Assembly (NCBI GenBank): GCA_034178705.1
Contig: JAXFQY010000039.1
Span: 18,623-82,622 of the forward strand
DNA: 64,000 bases
Origin: Eubacteriales bacterium
Lineage (GTDB): Bacteria; Bacillota; Clostridia; Oscillospirales; CAG-272
Direction of reading: 5' to 3'
Shown: positions 39,585-47,473 of the stretch, piece by piece
How the letters are laid out: every line of letters begins with the position of its first letter
Numbering within the stretch: the stretch's first letter is position 1
Translations under genes and position numbers: made by a program
Notes under the pieces: generated by a model
What the model saw: only the letters and a program-made list of their open reading frames with translations
What the model was told of the DNA's origin: nothing
Databases searched by the model: none

Positions 39585-41060
39585 TTAATAGTTGCTCATC
39601 CGCTCCAGAGCGCTGCTGCCACTGCCGCCGCAGGCGACAAACGCACAGGTGGAGCAGAGAAAATCGGTAATACCATGCTCTTTCATGAAGGAAATCGGGT
39701 TCAGCTTGAAGTAGCGGAAGTCGACAACGTAGATTTCCTCAAAGGAGCCGGTCAGAAAAGGCACAAGCGCATTTCCGTAGCTGTCCTTGATGAGAAAGAG
39801 TTTTCTGCCGTTCTTGCAGTCGGTGGTGATGTGGGTCACGCGGTCGTCCGAACCGATGAATACACAGTAGGAGGCCTCCGTTGAAACCCAGTCGAAGAAA
39901 AGACTGCTCTTGAAGCCGTTCTGATAGTATCCGTCGTAGTATTCGGTTTCATAATTGTTTGACGGCTTGTAATAAACAAAGGTTTCCGGGTTGTTTTTGA
40001 TGACCGGGTCGTAGTCGGAGTAGGCATACATGGTTCCGACATAACCCTCCCGCTCATATTTCGTATAAGTGGAAAGATCGGCAAACGGGACGTCTGCGGC
40101 TTTTGCAAAAGCCTGCGCGGCGTAATAAGCACCGAGGGTTGTCCAGTGATGGTCAGTACGGGTGTAAATATTCTCGTTGACATGGGGCAGCAGCGCCTCA
40201 TACGCGTTGACCTCGGTTACATTTTTCAGCTTCGAGGCCAGATAGGAAATGTGGTCCTTCTGGCTGTTTGAATAGGCTGCGTACTTTTCCGGCAGATAGT
40301 AAGCGACTGCGGTCGGCGTTGTCATGGACCAGACCTTGATATCCGGACCGAGCTGTGCTTTGTATTCGTTTAGGGCGTTTGCATAGTCGAGCGCGCAAGC
40401 ATAGCTGCCGCCGTAGAGCATGATGGCCCGCTTGTTATAAACGAGAATCCCGTTGCTTGCACCTCTGAACTCCCCTTCGTCATCGGGCGTCTCGGTTTGC
40501 GCAGGGGCGGTGGTGACCGGATTTGTCGTTGGCGGGGCGGTTACGGGAGGAGCCGTTGTTTCTGTCGGATCGGTTGTGACAGAGGGCTCGTCGGTGGTCG
40601 GAGGCGCATCTGTTATCGGCGGATCCACCGGAGGCGTATCAATCGGGGGCTTGTCTTCTCCCCCAAGCGTTCCCCCGTGAATCTTTACTCCGCCGAGGCG
40701 GAAGCCGGTCGCCTCCTTGAGAGAGGCACCGAGATCCATCCAGGTTTGCCGGCCGGGAACGGTATCTGTATAATATTTAAGGATACCGGATGTATAATTT
40801 CCGTTGACAAGAGCAGAAACGGAAAACTCCGGGAACTCAGTAAGCTTTCGTTTTTCCGTTTCCGAAAGCTCCGGGCGCTTGAGCACAAGAAGCGCGCCGG
40901 CAATGAGCAGAACGGCAGTTCCGAGCACGATACAGTTTGCCGCTGCGCCGATTTTTTGCAGGTGCCCCGCGCTGAGCGCGGAAGACTTTCCGCCCGGCAA
41001 TCTTGTTTTTCTTCTGTCCGGTTTATTCCGGAACCGGTTTTCCGGAGGGTGCTTTGTCAT
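39585..41060 (-). CDS. DHHW-family extracytoplasmic protein (AlgX/DltD-like SGNH-type transferase candidate)
   Basis: 491 aa. N-terminal TM anchor AAANCIVLGTAVLLIAGALLVL, a Pro/Thr-rich stalk, and the eponymous motif RTDHHWTTLGAYYAAQAF. Confidence 0.85.
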   Translation of the reverse strand: MTKHPPENRFRNKPDRRKTRLPGGKSSALSAGHLQKIGAAANCIVLGTAVLLIAGALLVLKRPELSETEKRKLTEFPEFSVSALVNGNYTSGILKYYTDTVPGRQTWMDLGASLKEATGFRLGGVKIHGGTLGGEDKPPIDTPPVDPPITDAPPTTDEPSVTTDPTETTAPPVTAPPTTNPVTTAPAQTETPDDEGEFRGASNGILVYNKRAIMLYGGSYACALDYANALNEYKAQLGPDIKVWSMTTPTAVAYYLPEKYAAYSNSQKDHISYLASKLKNVTEVNAYEALLPHVNENIYTRTDHHWTTLGAYYAAQAFAKAADVPFADLSTYTKYEREGYVGTMYAYSDYDPVIKNNPETFVYYKPSNNYETEYYDGYYQNGFKSSLFFDWVSTEASYCVFIGSDDRVTHITTDCKNGRKLFLIKDSYGNALVPFLTGSFEEIYVVDFRYFKLNPISFMKEHGITDFLCSTCAFVACGGSGSSALERMSNY

Positions 41061-41071
41061 CTTTTATCACC

Positions 41072-42475
41072 TCAGAAATTCGCATACAGAAAGGGGTTGG
41101 ATGTGGCGGAAACAAGCAGAATGCTTGAAATCACGAGGAGGCCAACGTTGCAGACAACCGTTCCGGCGCCGCACAGAATCGTTCCGGCGGGGGTCCGTTC
41201 GAGACGGCGCCGGAGCGCGGGAATCACGGGGAAGCAGAACAGCAGCGCCACGGCGATGAGAAACAGATTGTTTGCCGCGGTATGCCCCAACAGGCTGTCA
41301 CAAAAGGCATTTCCGTTTGCGCCGATCAGTCCGCGCAGGAAGGCGCCGAGCTGCGCTGTATCCTCAAAACGGAAGATTCCGAACCCGACAATCAGAATGA
41401 GCTTTGTGCAAACATGCTTTATCCAAAGCGGGATTTTTTTCATGCGTTTCTTGCCGAGCATTGTTTCTATCAGGATAAACAGCCCGAAGTAAAGACCCCA
41501 GATGATATAATTCCAGGCCGCACCGTGCCAGATACCGGTGGCCAGCCAGACCAGAAAGAGTCCTCCGTATTTCCGCTGCCGTCCGAAAATCGGAACATAA
41601 AGCAGGTAGTCGCGGAAAAAAGAACCGAGGGTAATGTGCCAGCGCTGCCAGAATTCCGCGATGGATTTGCAAAGGAAGGGATAGTTGAAATTCTCCGGAA
41701 ACGGAAGCCCGAAAAGCCCGGCAATCCCGATTGCCATGTCGCTGTAGCCGGAAAAATCAAAATACATCTGCAAAGCAAAAAGCATGGCGCCGAACCAACA
41801 GCCGAGGACCGAGACCGAGGCGACATCCGCACCGAATAGTTCGGAAGTCACGGAGGAGAGCATGTCGGCTATCAGTACTTTTTTGGCAAGTCCCGCAATC
41901 AGGCGGCTTGCGCCGGCGCTCAGCTGTTTGACCGAGACTTCCCGCGTTCCGAGAGAGTCCCTCAACTCAACGTATCGGACAATCGGACCGGAAACAACAC
42001 AGGGAAACAGGGACACATAAAGAAGAAAGCGCCCGAAATTTTTTTCCGGTTCTACCTTCTCCCACTGCACGTCAAGCAGATAGGAGATAAGCCGGAAGGT
42101 GTAGAAGCTGATTCCCAGAGGAAGCCCGAGCTTCGGTACGGCAAAAGAGGCACCGAACAGCGCGTTGATGTTTTCGGTAATAAATCCGGCATATTTGAAA
42201 ACCGCAAGAAGCCCAAGGTTGACAAGAATGCCGAGTCCGCACAGAAAAGCGGCACCGCGCGAACCGGCGTAACGCTTCAGACAGAGCCCGATAAACCAGT
42301 TGAAAAGCGCAGCAAGGACAAGCAACGGCAAAAAACTCATTGCCCCCCATGCATAGAAAACAAGGGAGCAAACAAGCAGCACGATATTCCGATAGGCAGG
42401 CTTTTTGAAAGCATAGTAACAGATCAGGGAAAGCGGCAGAAAAAAATATAAAAAGAAAAGATCCGAAAAATTCAT
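41072..42475 (-). CDS. MBOAT-family membrane O-acyltransferase (DltB/AlgI-like)
   Basis: 467-aa polytopic protein. It has AEFWQRWHITLGSFFRDYL and the catalytic-His region GIWHGAAWNYIIWG. Confidence 0.9.
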   Translation of the reverse strand: MNFSDLFFLYFFLPLSLICYYAFKKPAYRNIVLLVCSLVFYAWGAMSFLPLLVLAALFNWFIGLCLKRYAGSRGAAFLCGLGILVNLGLLAVFKYAGFITENINALFGASFAVPKLGLPLGISFYTFRLISYLLDVQWEKVEPEKNFGRFLLYVSLFPCVVSGPIVRYVELRDSLGTREVSVKQLSAGASRLIAGLAKKVLIADMLSSVTSELFGADVASVSVLGCWFGAMLFALQMYFDFSGYSDMAIGIAGLFGLPFPENFNYPFLCKSIAEFWQRWHITLGSFFRDYLLYVPIFGRQRKYGGLFLVWLATGIWHGAAWNYIIWGLYFGLFILIETMLGKKRMKKIPLWIKHVCTKLILIVGFGIFRFEDTAQLGAFLRGLIGANGNAFCDSLLGHTAANNLFLIAVALLFCFPVIPALRRRLERTPAGTILCGAGTVVCNVGLLVISSILLVSATSNPFLYANF

Positions 42476-42711
42476 GCGTTATCAGCTTCCGATCATTAAA
42501 TATAGTTTTCGGAAAATTTATGAAAAATATTCCATTCGGACGTTAAATCCGCTGTTGCTTTTATTGTATCGCAGAACGGATGAAAAAGCAAGACATCGGC
42601 AAATTTTGTCCGGAAAAGGTTTTTCCTGCGGTTTGACGATCTTTTTTGCCGAAAGGTTCCCCGCACTTCCCTTTTATTAAGCGGCCGGTTTTTGGAATGT
42701 TTGCAACAGAA

Positions 42712-42735
42712 CCCCCCGACCATTCGGACGGGGGG
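42712..42735 (-). terminator. Hairpin downstream of the pgm / pseudogene unit
   Basis: ccccccg (42712-42718), a 10-nt loop, then cgggggg (42729-42735). On the minus strand it is followed by TTCTGTTG. Confidence 0.45.
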
Positions 42736-42813
42736 CGCTTGCTTATTCGGAAATGATACGAAACACGATTGAAAAGGGCTCCCTTGCGAGCGTCTCTTTT
42801 CAGAGAAGCGGGA

Positions 42814-43125
42814 TTATTTTGCGTATTTCAGTGTCATTTTGTTTGTAAGAATCTCAAGATAGGCGTATGCGCCGTAGCCCTCTGCGGCTTTGAAGACGGT
42901 ATAGACGTAATCGGAGTTGTTTGCGTGAATCACACAGAGGAAATCTCCGTCTTCGGTGAGTTCCGTCGAGTTTACCGAATACGGGAAAGTAACGGAATGT
43001 CCTTCCTACTCGGTGATTTCCTTCTCGGTGATGACGGTGGTTGCGCCGCCGCCGATCAGCTTCCATGTGCCGTATAGCACCGAAATGTCAATTTCCGGAG
43101 CGGGTTCGCTCTCGTTTTCTGCCTT
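42814..43125 (-). pseudogene. Remnant of a small lipocalin-like (GTWKL-motif) protein gene, with no start codon and one in-frame TAG
   Basis: My minus-strand translation reads KAENESEPAPEIDISVLYGTWKLIGGGATTVITEKEITE*EGHSVTFPYSVNSTELTEDGDFLCVIHANNSDYVYTVFKAAEGYGAYAYLEILTNKMTLKYAK*. The internal TAG is at 43008-43006 and the terminal TAA at 42816-42814. No ATG, signal peptide or RBS is present. The family assignment is tentative. Confidence 0.35.
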
Positions 43126-44862
43126 TTACAGGCCGCAGAGCTGCCGTGCAACGGCGGGGCAGGAGGAGAGCTTTTTTTCAAGCGCTTCGCGTGTCTCGGC
43201 GGAGCAAAGAAAGTATACTTTGATTTTCGGCTCTGTGCCGGAAGGCCGGAGCAGAACCACATCTCCGTTTTCGAGGGCATAGCGGAGCACGTCTGATGCC
43301 GGAAGCCCCGTTGGGGTCTTCTTCCTTGTTTTCAGGTCGGTCAGATAGCCCGCGAGATAGTCACCGATTCCGACAACGCGGCTGCCGCAGAGCTCTTTCG
43401 GCGGTTCTGCGCGTAGGGATGCGGTTACTCCTGCCATTTTTTTCGCGCCGTCAAGTCCCGGAAAGTCCAGATTCTCGGTCAGTTCGCCGTATTGCCCGTA
43501 ACGCGCGAGCAGCCTGTCGAGTGCGTCGGCGAGCGTCATTCCTTTTGTGCGGTAATAGGCAGCCATTTCTGCGATCAGCATGGAAGCGCAGACCGCGTCT
43601 TTGTCGCGCGCATAGGTGCCCTTAAGATAGCCGTAGCTTTCCTCAAAGCCGAGCAGATACGTGCCTTTTCCGGCTTCCTCGTGCTTTTTGATAACCTCTC
43701 CGATGAATTTGAAGCCGGTGAGGACATTATACATTTCGATATGGTTGGCTTCACAGATGCGCGTAAAAAGCTCGGTGGAGACAATGGTTTTGACGGCGTA
43801 TGCGTCTGCGGGAACGCCGCCTTTTTCCCGGAGGACCGCTACAATATAGTCAAGCAGAAGCGCCCCCATCCCGTTTCCGGTAATGCGGACAAACTTCCCG
43901 TCCCGGTTGCGCGTCATGACCCCCACCCGGTCGCAGTCGGGGTCGGTAGCGATGACAAGGTCGGCACCGGTTTCCTCGGCGAGTGCGATTCCGGGGAGAA
44001 AAACATCCGCAAGCTCCGGGTTCGGTTTTTTGACGGTCGGAAAATCTCCGTCCGGCGTGGCCTGGCTCGGTACAACCGACAGCTTTTCAAAGCCCAGCCT
44101 GCGGAGAATTTCCGGGACAAGCTTCCAGCCGGCGCCATGCAGCGGGGTGTAAACGATGCTCATTTCCTTTGCTGCGTGCAGGGCGCCTTCGGGAGACATC
44201 CGCTCCGCGAAAACCTTGTCAAGGAAGGCTTTGTCGATCTCCTCCCCGATCAGGATAACGCTGCCGTTGCGTTTTGCTTCCTCCAGGTCGCAGGTGCGAA
44301 CCCCGTCAAATAAATCGACGGCGGCGATTTCCCTGCTTACGGTATCGGCATGCTCGGGGGGAAGCTGTGCACCGTCCTCCCAGTAAGCCTTATAGCCGTT
44401 ATATTCCTTGGGATTGTGGCTTGCCGTGATGTTGATGCCCGCAATACAGCCGAGGTAGCGCAGGGCAAAGGAAAGCTCGGGCGTCGGGCGCAGATCGTCG
44501 AAAAGATAAACCTTGATGCCGTTTGCGGCAAGAACCGATGCGGCACGCTCCGAATAGAGACGGGAGTTTTTTCGGCTGTCGTAGGCGATGGCAACGCCGC
44601 GTTCACAGGCATTTTCTTTCTTGATCAGTTCGCAGAGCCCCTGTGTTGCCTGCATGACCGTATAAACATTCATTCGGGCAAGTCCGGCTGCCATGATGCC
44701 GCGAAGACCTGCGGTGCCGAAGCTCAGCCCTTGAGAAAACCGGCTTTCGATTTCTGCGGGATTGTTGCGGATGTTTTCCAGCTCCCGGCGGGTATCCGCG
44801 TCCAGTTTTTCATAGGCAAGCCATTTTTCATAGTTTTTTTGCGCGCTTTCGTTGCAGACCAT
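43126..44862 (-). CDS. Phosphoglucomutase/phosphomannomutase family protein (alpha-D-phosphohexomutase)
   Basis: The ORF is trimmed to the ATG at 44862 (MVCNESAQKNYEKWL), preceded by an aggaga RBS. It has the phosphoserine loop ITASHNPKEYNGYK, the metal loop ATDPDCDRVG and the sugar/phosphate loops GFEESYGY and RPSGTEPKIKVY. Confidence 0.9.
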   Translation of the reverse strand: MVCNESAQKNYEKWLAYEKLDADTRRELENIRNNPAEIESRFSQGLSFGTAGLRGIMAAGLARMNVYTVMQATQGLCELIKKENACERGVAIAYDSRKNSRLYSERAASVLAANGIKVYLFDDLRPTPELSFALRYLGCIAGINITASHNPKEYNGYKAYWEDGAQLPPEHADTVSREIAAVDLFDGVRTCDLEEAKRNGSVILIGEEIDKAFLDKVFAERMSPEGALHAAKEMSIVYTPLHGAGWKLVPEILRRLGFEKLSVVPSQATPDGDFPTVKKPNPELADVFLPGIALAEETGADLVIATDPDCDRVGVMTRNRDGKFVRITGNGMGALLLDYIVAVLREKGGVPADAYAVKTIVSTELFTRICEANHIEMYNVLTGFKFIGEVIKKHEEAGKGTYLLGFEESYGYLKGTYARDKDAVCASMLIAEMAAYYRTKGMTLADALDRLLARYGQYGELTENLDFPGLDGAKKMAGVTASLRAEPPKELCGSRVVGIGDYLAGYLTDLKTRKKTPTGLPASDVLRYALENGDVVLLRPSGTEPKIKVYFLCSAETREALEKKLSSCPAVARQLCGL

Positions 44863-44927
44863 TTTTTTCTCCTGATGATAAAATAACTGTTGGAATAAGC
44901 GTGGAAACCGGCAGCGTTTTTGTCGGC

Positions 44928-45194
44928 TTATTTCCCTGCTCCGGCTTCGGCGAGCGCCTCTCCGAGGGCGCGGGCCAGCTGATCGGGACAGGAGGTCGGA
45001 CGGGGACCGCAGCGGACCCCCGAAAGGCGCTTTTCGGCCTCTTCTGCCTTCATCCCTTCGACAAGGCGGCAGATTCCGGTTGTGTTTCCGTTGCAGCCGC
45101 CGGTGAAGCGGCAGGCGGTAATCACGCCGTTTTCGTCCAGGTCGATATCGATCCGGGAAGAGCAAACGCCCTTCGGATAATAGATTTTATGCAT
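44928..45194 (-). CDS. TSCPD-domain protein (TIGR03905-like)
   Basis: 88 aa. MHKIYYPKGVCSSRIDIDLDENGVITACRFTGGCNGNTTGICRLVEGM ... TSCPDQLARAL matches the small stand-alone TSCPD family. Confidence 0.8.
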   Translation of the reverse strand: MHKIYYPKGVCSSRIDIDLDENGVITACRFTGGCNGNTTGICRLVEGMKAEEAEKRLSGVRCGPRPTSCPDQLARALGEALAEAGAGK

Positions 45195-45209
45195 ATTATC
45201 TCCTTTAGT

Positions 45210-47207
45210 TTAGTTTTCTGTTTCGTTTTCTGGTTGTTGCTCTTCGCCGGTTGTATTCTCCGGCTCCTTGGGGGTCCCGGAGAATTCTTCCTTTTCCGGC
45301 AGATCCTCAGGAATGTAATGCAACAGCTCGTAGCTTCCGGTGAGAAAATCCTCAAGCTCCGAGGCGCCGAAGCGGCGCTGGGAGAGGGCAGAGAGCGCGT
45401 AAAGCTGACGGGCGACAAGCCGGTCGCGCGCGGAAAACTCTGCTTTTTCCGCGAGCCCGCAGGAAATCGGGTTTGCCACATTCAGACAGAGGGTTTCCTC
45501 CGCCGTTGCAGCGGGAGTGTTGTCCTCTCCTTTGACCGATGTATACAGCTTCATCATATCGTCAAAGCGGCGGGACTCTTCGGAAAGTGTGAGAATTGCG
45601 GGGACAGAGGCGTCCGCAAGGCGCTCCAACTTCAGCTTGAGTTTGTCATTTTTGGAAACAGAACGGAAAAGCTTTTCGAGTTCCGCGTTTTCCTTTTTCT
45701 CGGCTTCCCCGCTTTTCAGTGCCTCCGCGACATCCGCGTCAACGCGGAAGAACTTGACACCTGCTCGCTTTCCTTCTACCAATGTGATAAACTGCGAGTC
45801 AACAAAACGGTCGAGAAGGGCAACCTCAATTCCCTGCTTGCGGTACAACGAGATAAATTGGGCCTGTGCGGTTTCGTCGTTTGCATAGTAAACGGTATTT
45901 TTGTGCTTATCGTCTGCCGCCGTGAGATATTCGTCGATTGTTTTGCAGCCTCCGCCGCAAAGCGGAAGCAGGACGGCGTCTCCGGCGCGGTCATAGAATT
46001 TCGGATCGCAGAGACAGCCGTATTCCACGAAGGTTTTGATGTCTTTCCAGATTTTTTCGTATTGTTCCCGCTCGTTCTCCTTCATCGCGGTCAGCTTGTC
46101 GGCGACCTTCTTTGTAATGTAAGCGGCGATTTTCTTGACATAACTATTGTTTTGCAGATAGCTGCGGGAGACGTTCAGAGGAAGCTCCGGACAGTCGAGC
46201 ACGCCGCGCAGCATCAGAAGATACTCCGGAATGACCTCCTTGATATTGTCGGCGACGAACATCTGGTTATAGTATAACTTGACCTGCCCTTCGGGATTCT
46301 CGAATTCGTTTTCCTTGCGGGGAAAATAAAGAATTCCCTTAAAGTTGAGAGGATAGTCGGCGTTCAGGTGGATCGTCAGAAGCGGTTCGCGCCAGTCATG
46401 GAAGACCTTGCGGTAGAATGCGTCATATTCCTCCTTTGTGCACTCGGAGGGGTTTTTCTGCCAGAGCGGGTGCGTGTCGTTGATCGGTTTTTTCTCATGG
46501 CAGCAGGTGCAGGCTTCTCCGCTTTCGTCCCTGTGCTCGTGGTCATGCTCCGCTTCCTCCTGCGTGCCGTCTTCATAGTAGACCGGAACCGGCAGGAAGG
46601 AACAGTACTTTTCCAGGATTCCGCGCAGTGCCGCTGCGTCGAGGAACTCCTTCCCTTCTTCTCCGATGAACATGGTAACGGTGGTTCCGCGCGGAACGTC
46701 CTCTTCGGTTTCGCTCATTTCGTATTGTCCGGCGGTGTCGCATTTCCAGAGAACCGCAGGCGCACCGGTGTAGGAGCGCGTCAGAACTTCGACGCGGTCG
46801 CTGACCATGAAGGCGCTGTAAAAGCCGAGCCCGAAATGGCCGATGATGCCGCTGCCGGCGCCTTCTCCCTCGCCCTCATATTTCTTGATAAAATCGAGTG
46901 CGCCGGAGAGCGCAATGGAGCATATGTATTTTTCCACCTCGTCGGCTGTCATGCCGATGCCGTTGTCGGTGACCGTAATTGTGGATGCCTCCCGGTCGAG
47001 CGCGACCGTTACGGAAAGATCGTCAAGTGAAATATCTTTCACTTCTCCGAGCGAGACCAGCCGACGGAGCTTTGTTTCCGCGTCCACCGCGTTTGACACG
47101 ATTTCACGAAGAAAAATCTCTTTGTCCGAGTAGAGCCACTTTTTAATGATCGGGAAAATATGCTCGGCTTCGACCGAGATACCGCCCTTTTTATTTTCGA
47201 TAGCCAA
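45210..47207 (-). CDS. htpG: Molecular chaperone HtpG (Hsp90)
   Basis: The 774-aa ORF is trimmed to the TTG at 47207 ((M)AIENKKGGISVEAEHIF), 6 nt after gaagggg. It has the GHKL motifs EIFLREIVSNAVDA and IGHFGLGFYSAFMV. The start codon choice is uncertain. Confidence 0.9.
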   Translation of the reverse strand: MAIENKKGGISVEAEHIFPIIKKWLYSDKEIFLREIVSNAVDAETKLRRLVSLGEVKDISLDDLSVTVALDREASTITVTDNGIGMTADEVEKYICSIALSGALDFIKKYEGEGEGAGSGIIGHFGLGFYSAFMVSDRVEVLTRSYTGAPAVLWKCDTAGQYEMSETEEDVPRGTTVTMFIGEEGKEFLDAAALRGILEKYCSFLPVPVYYEDGTQEEAEHDHEHRDESGEACTCCHEKKPINDTHPLWQKNPSECTKEEYDAFYRKVFHDWREPLLTIHLNADYPLNFKGILYFPRKENEFENPEGQVKLYYNQMFVADNIKEVIPEYLLMLRGVLDCPELPLNVSRSYLQNNSYVKKIAAYITKKVADKLTAMKENEREQYEKIWKDIKTFVEYGCLCDPKFYDRAGDAVLLPLCGGGCKTIDEYLTAADDKHKNTVYYANDETAQAQFISLYRKQGIEVALLDRFVDSQFITLVEGKRAGVKFFRVDADVAEALKSGEAEKKENAELEKLFRSVSKNDKLKLKLERLADASVPAILTLSEESRRFDDMMKLYTSVKGEDNTPAATAEETLCLNVANPISCGLAEKAEFSARDRLVARQLYALSALSQRRFGASELEDFLTGSYELLHYIPEDLPEKEEFSGTPKEPENTTGEEQQPENETEN

Positions 47208-47249
47208 TGAAAACCCCTTCTTTCTTTGTGTCTGGCTTGTATTTTTTTT

Positions 47250-47278
47250 ATTATACCACAGAATTGTGAACAATTCAA
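47250..47278 (-). promoter_or_regulatory. Predicted htpG promoter with an embedded 7-2-7 palindrome
   Basis: The minus strand reads TTGAAT (47278-47273), a 17-nt spacer, then TATAAT (47255-47250), with TG at the extended -10 position. The palindrome GAATTGT-tc-ACAATTC (47261-47276) spans the -35 hexamer and spacer. Confidence 0.5.
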
Positions 47279-47367
47279 GACAGATTCTATAAAAGTTAAG
47301 CCCTTTTCGATGCGGGGGAAATTTTTTTCTCCCGGTTCGTTTCAAAGTGTTTTCTTCTTGAATGGCT

Positions 47368-47403
47368 ATGGGCGCAGATGAATTGAATTTCATCTGCGCC
47401 CAT
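47368..47403 (-). terminator. 15-bp perfect hairpin downstream of the SleB-like gene
   Basis: atgggcgcagatgaa (47368-47382), a 6-nt loop, then ttcatctgcgcccat (47389-47403). No clear U-tract follows, so its function as a terminator is tentative. Confidence 0.45.
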
Positions 47404-47473
47404 GTGAAATCGCTTTGTCTGGCAGCTGTGTCTGCGATTCTTATCCGGTCTTTCGGACGGGTCTTCTTCCCTG

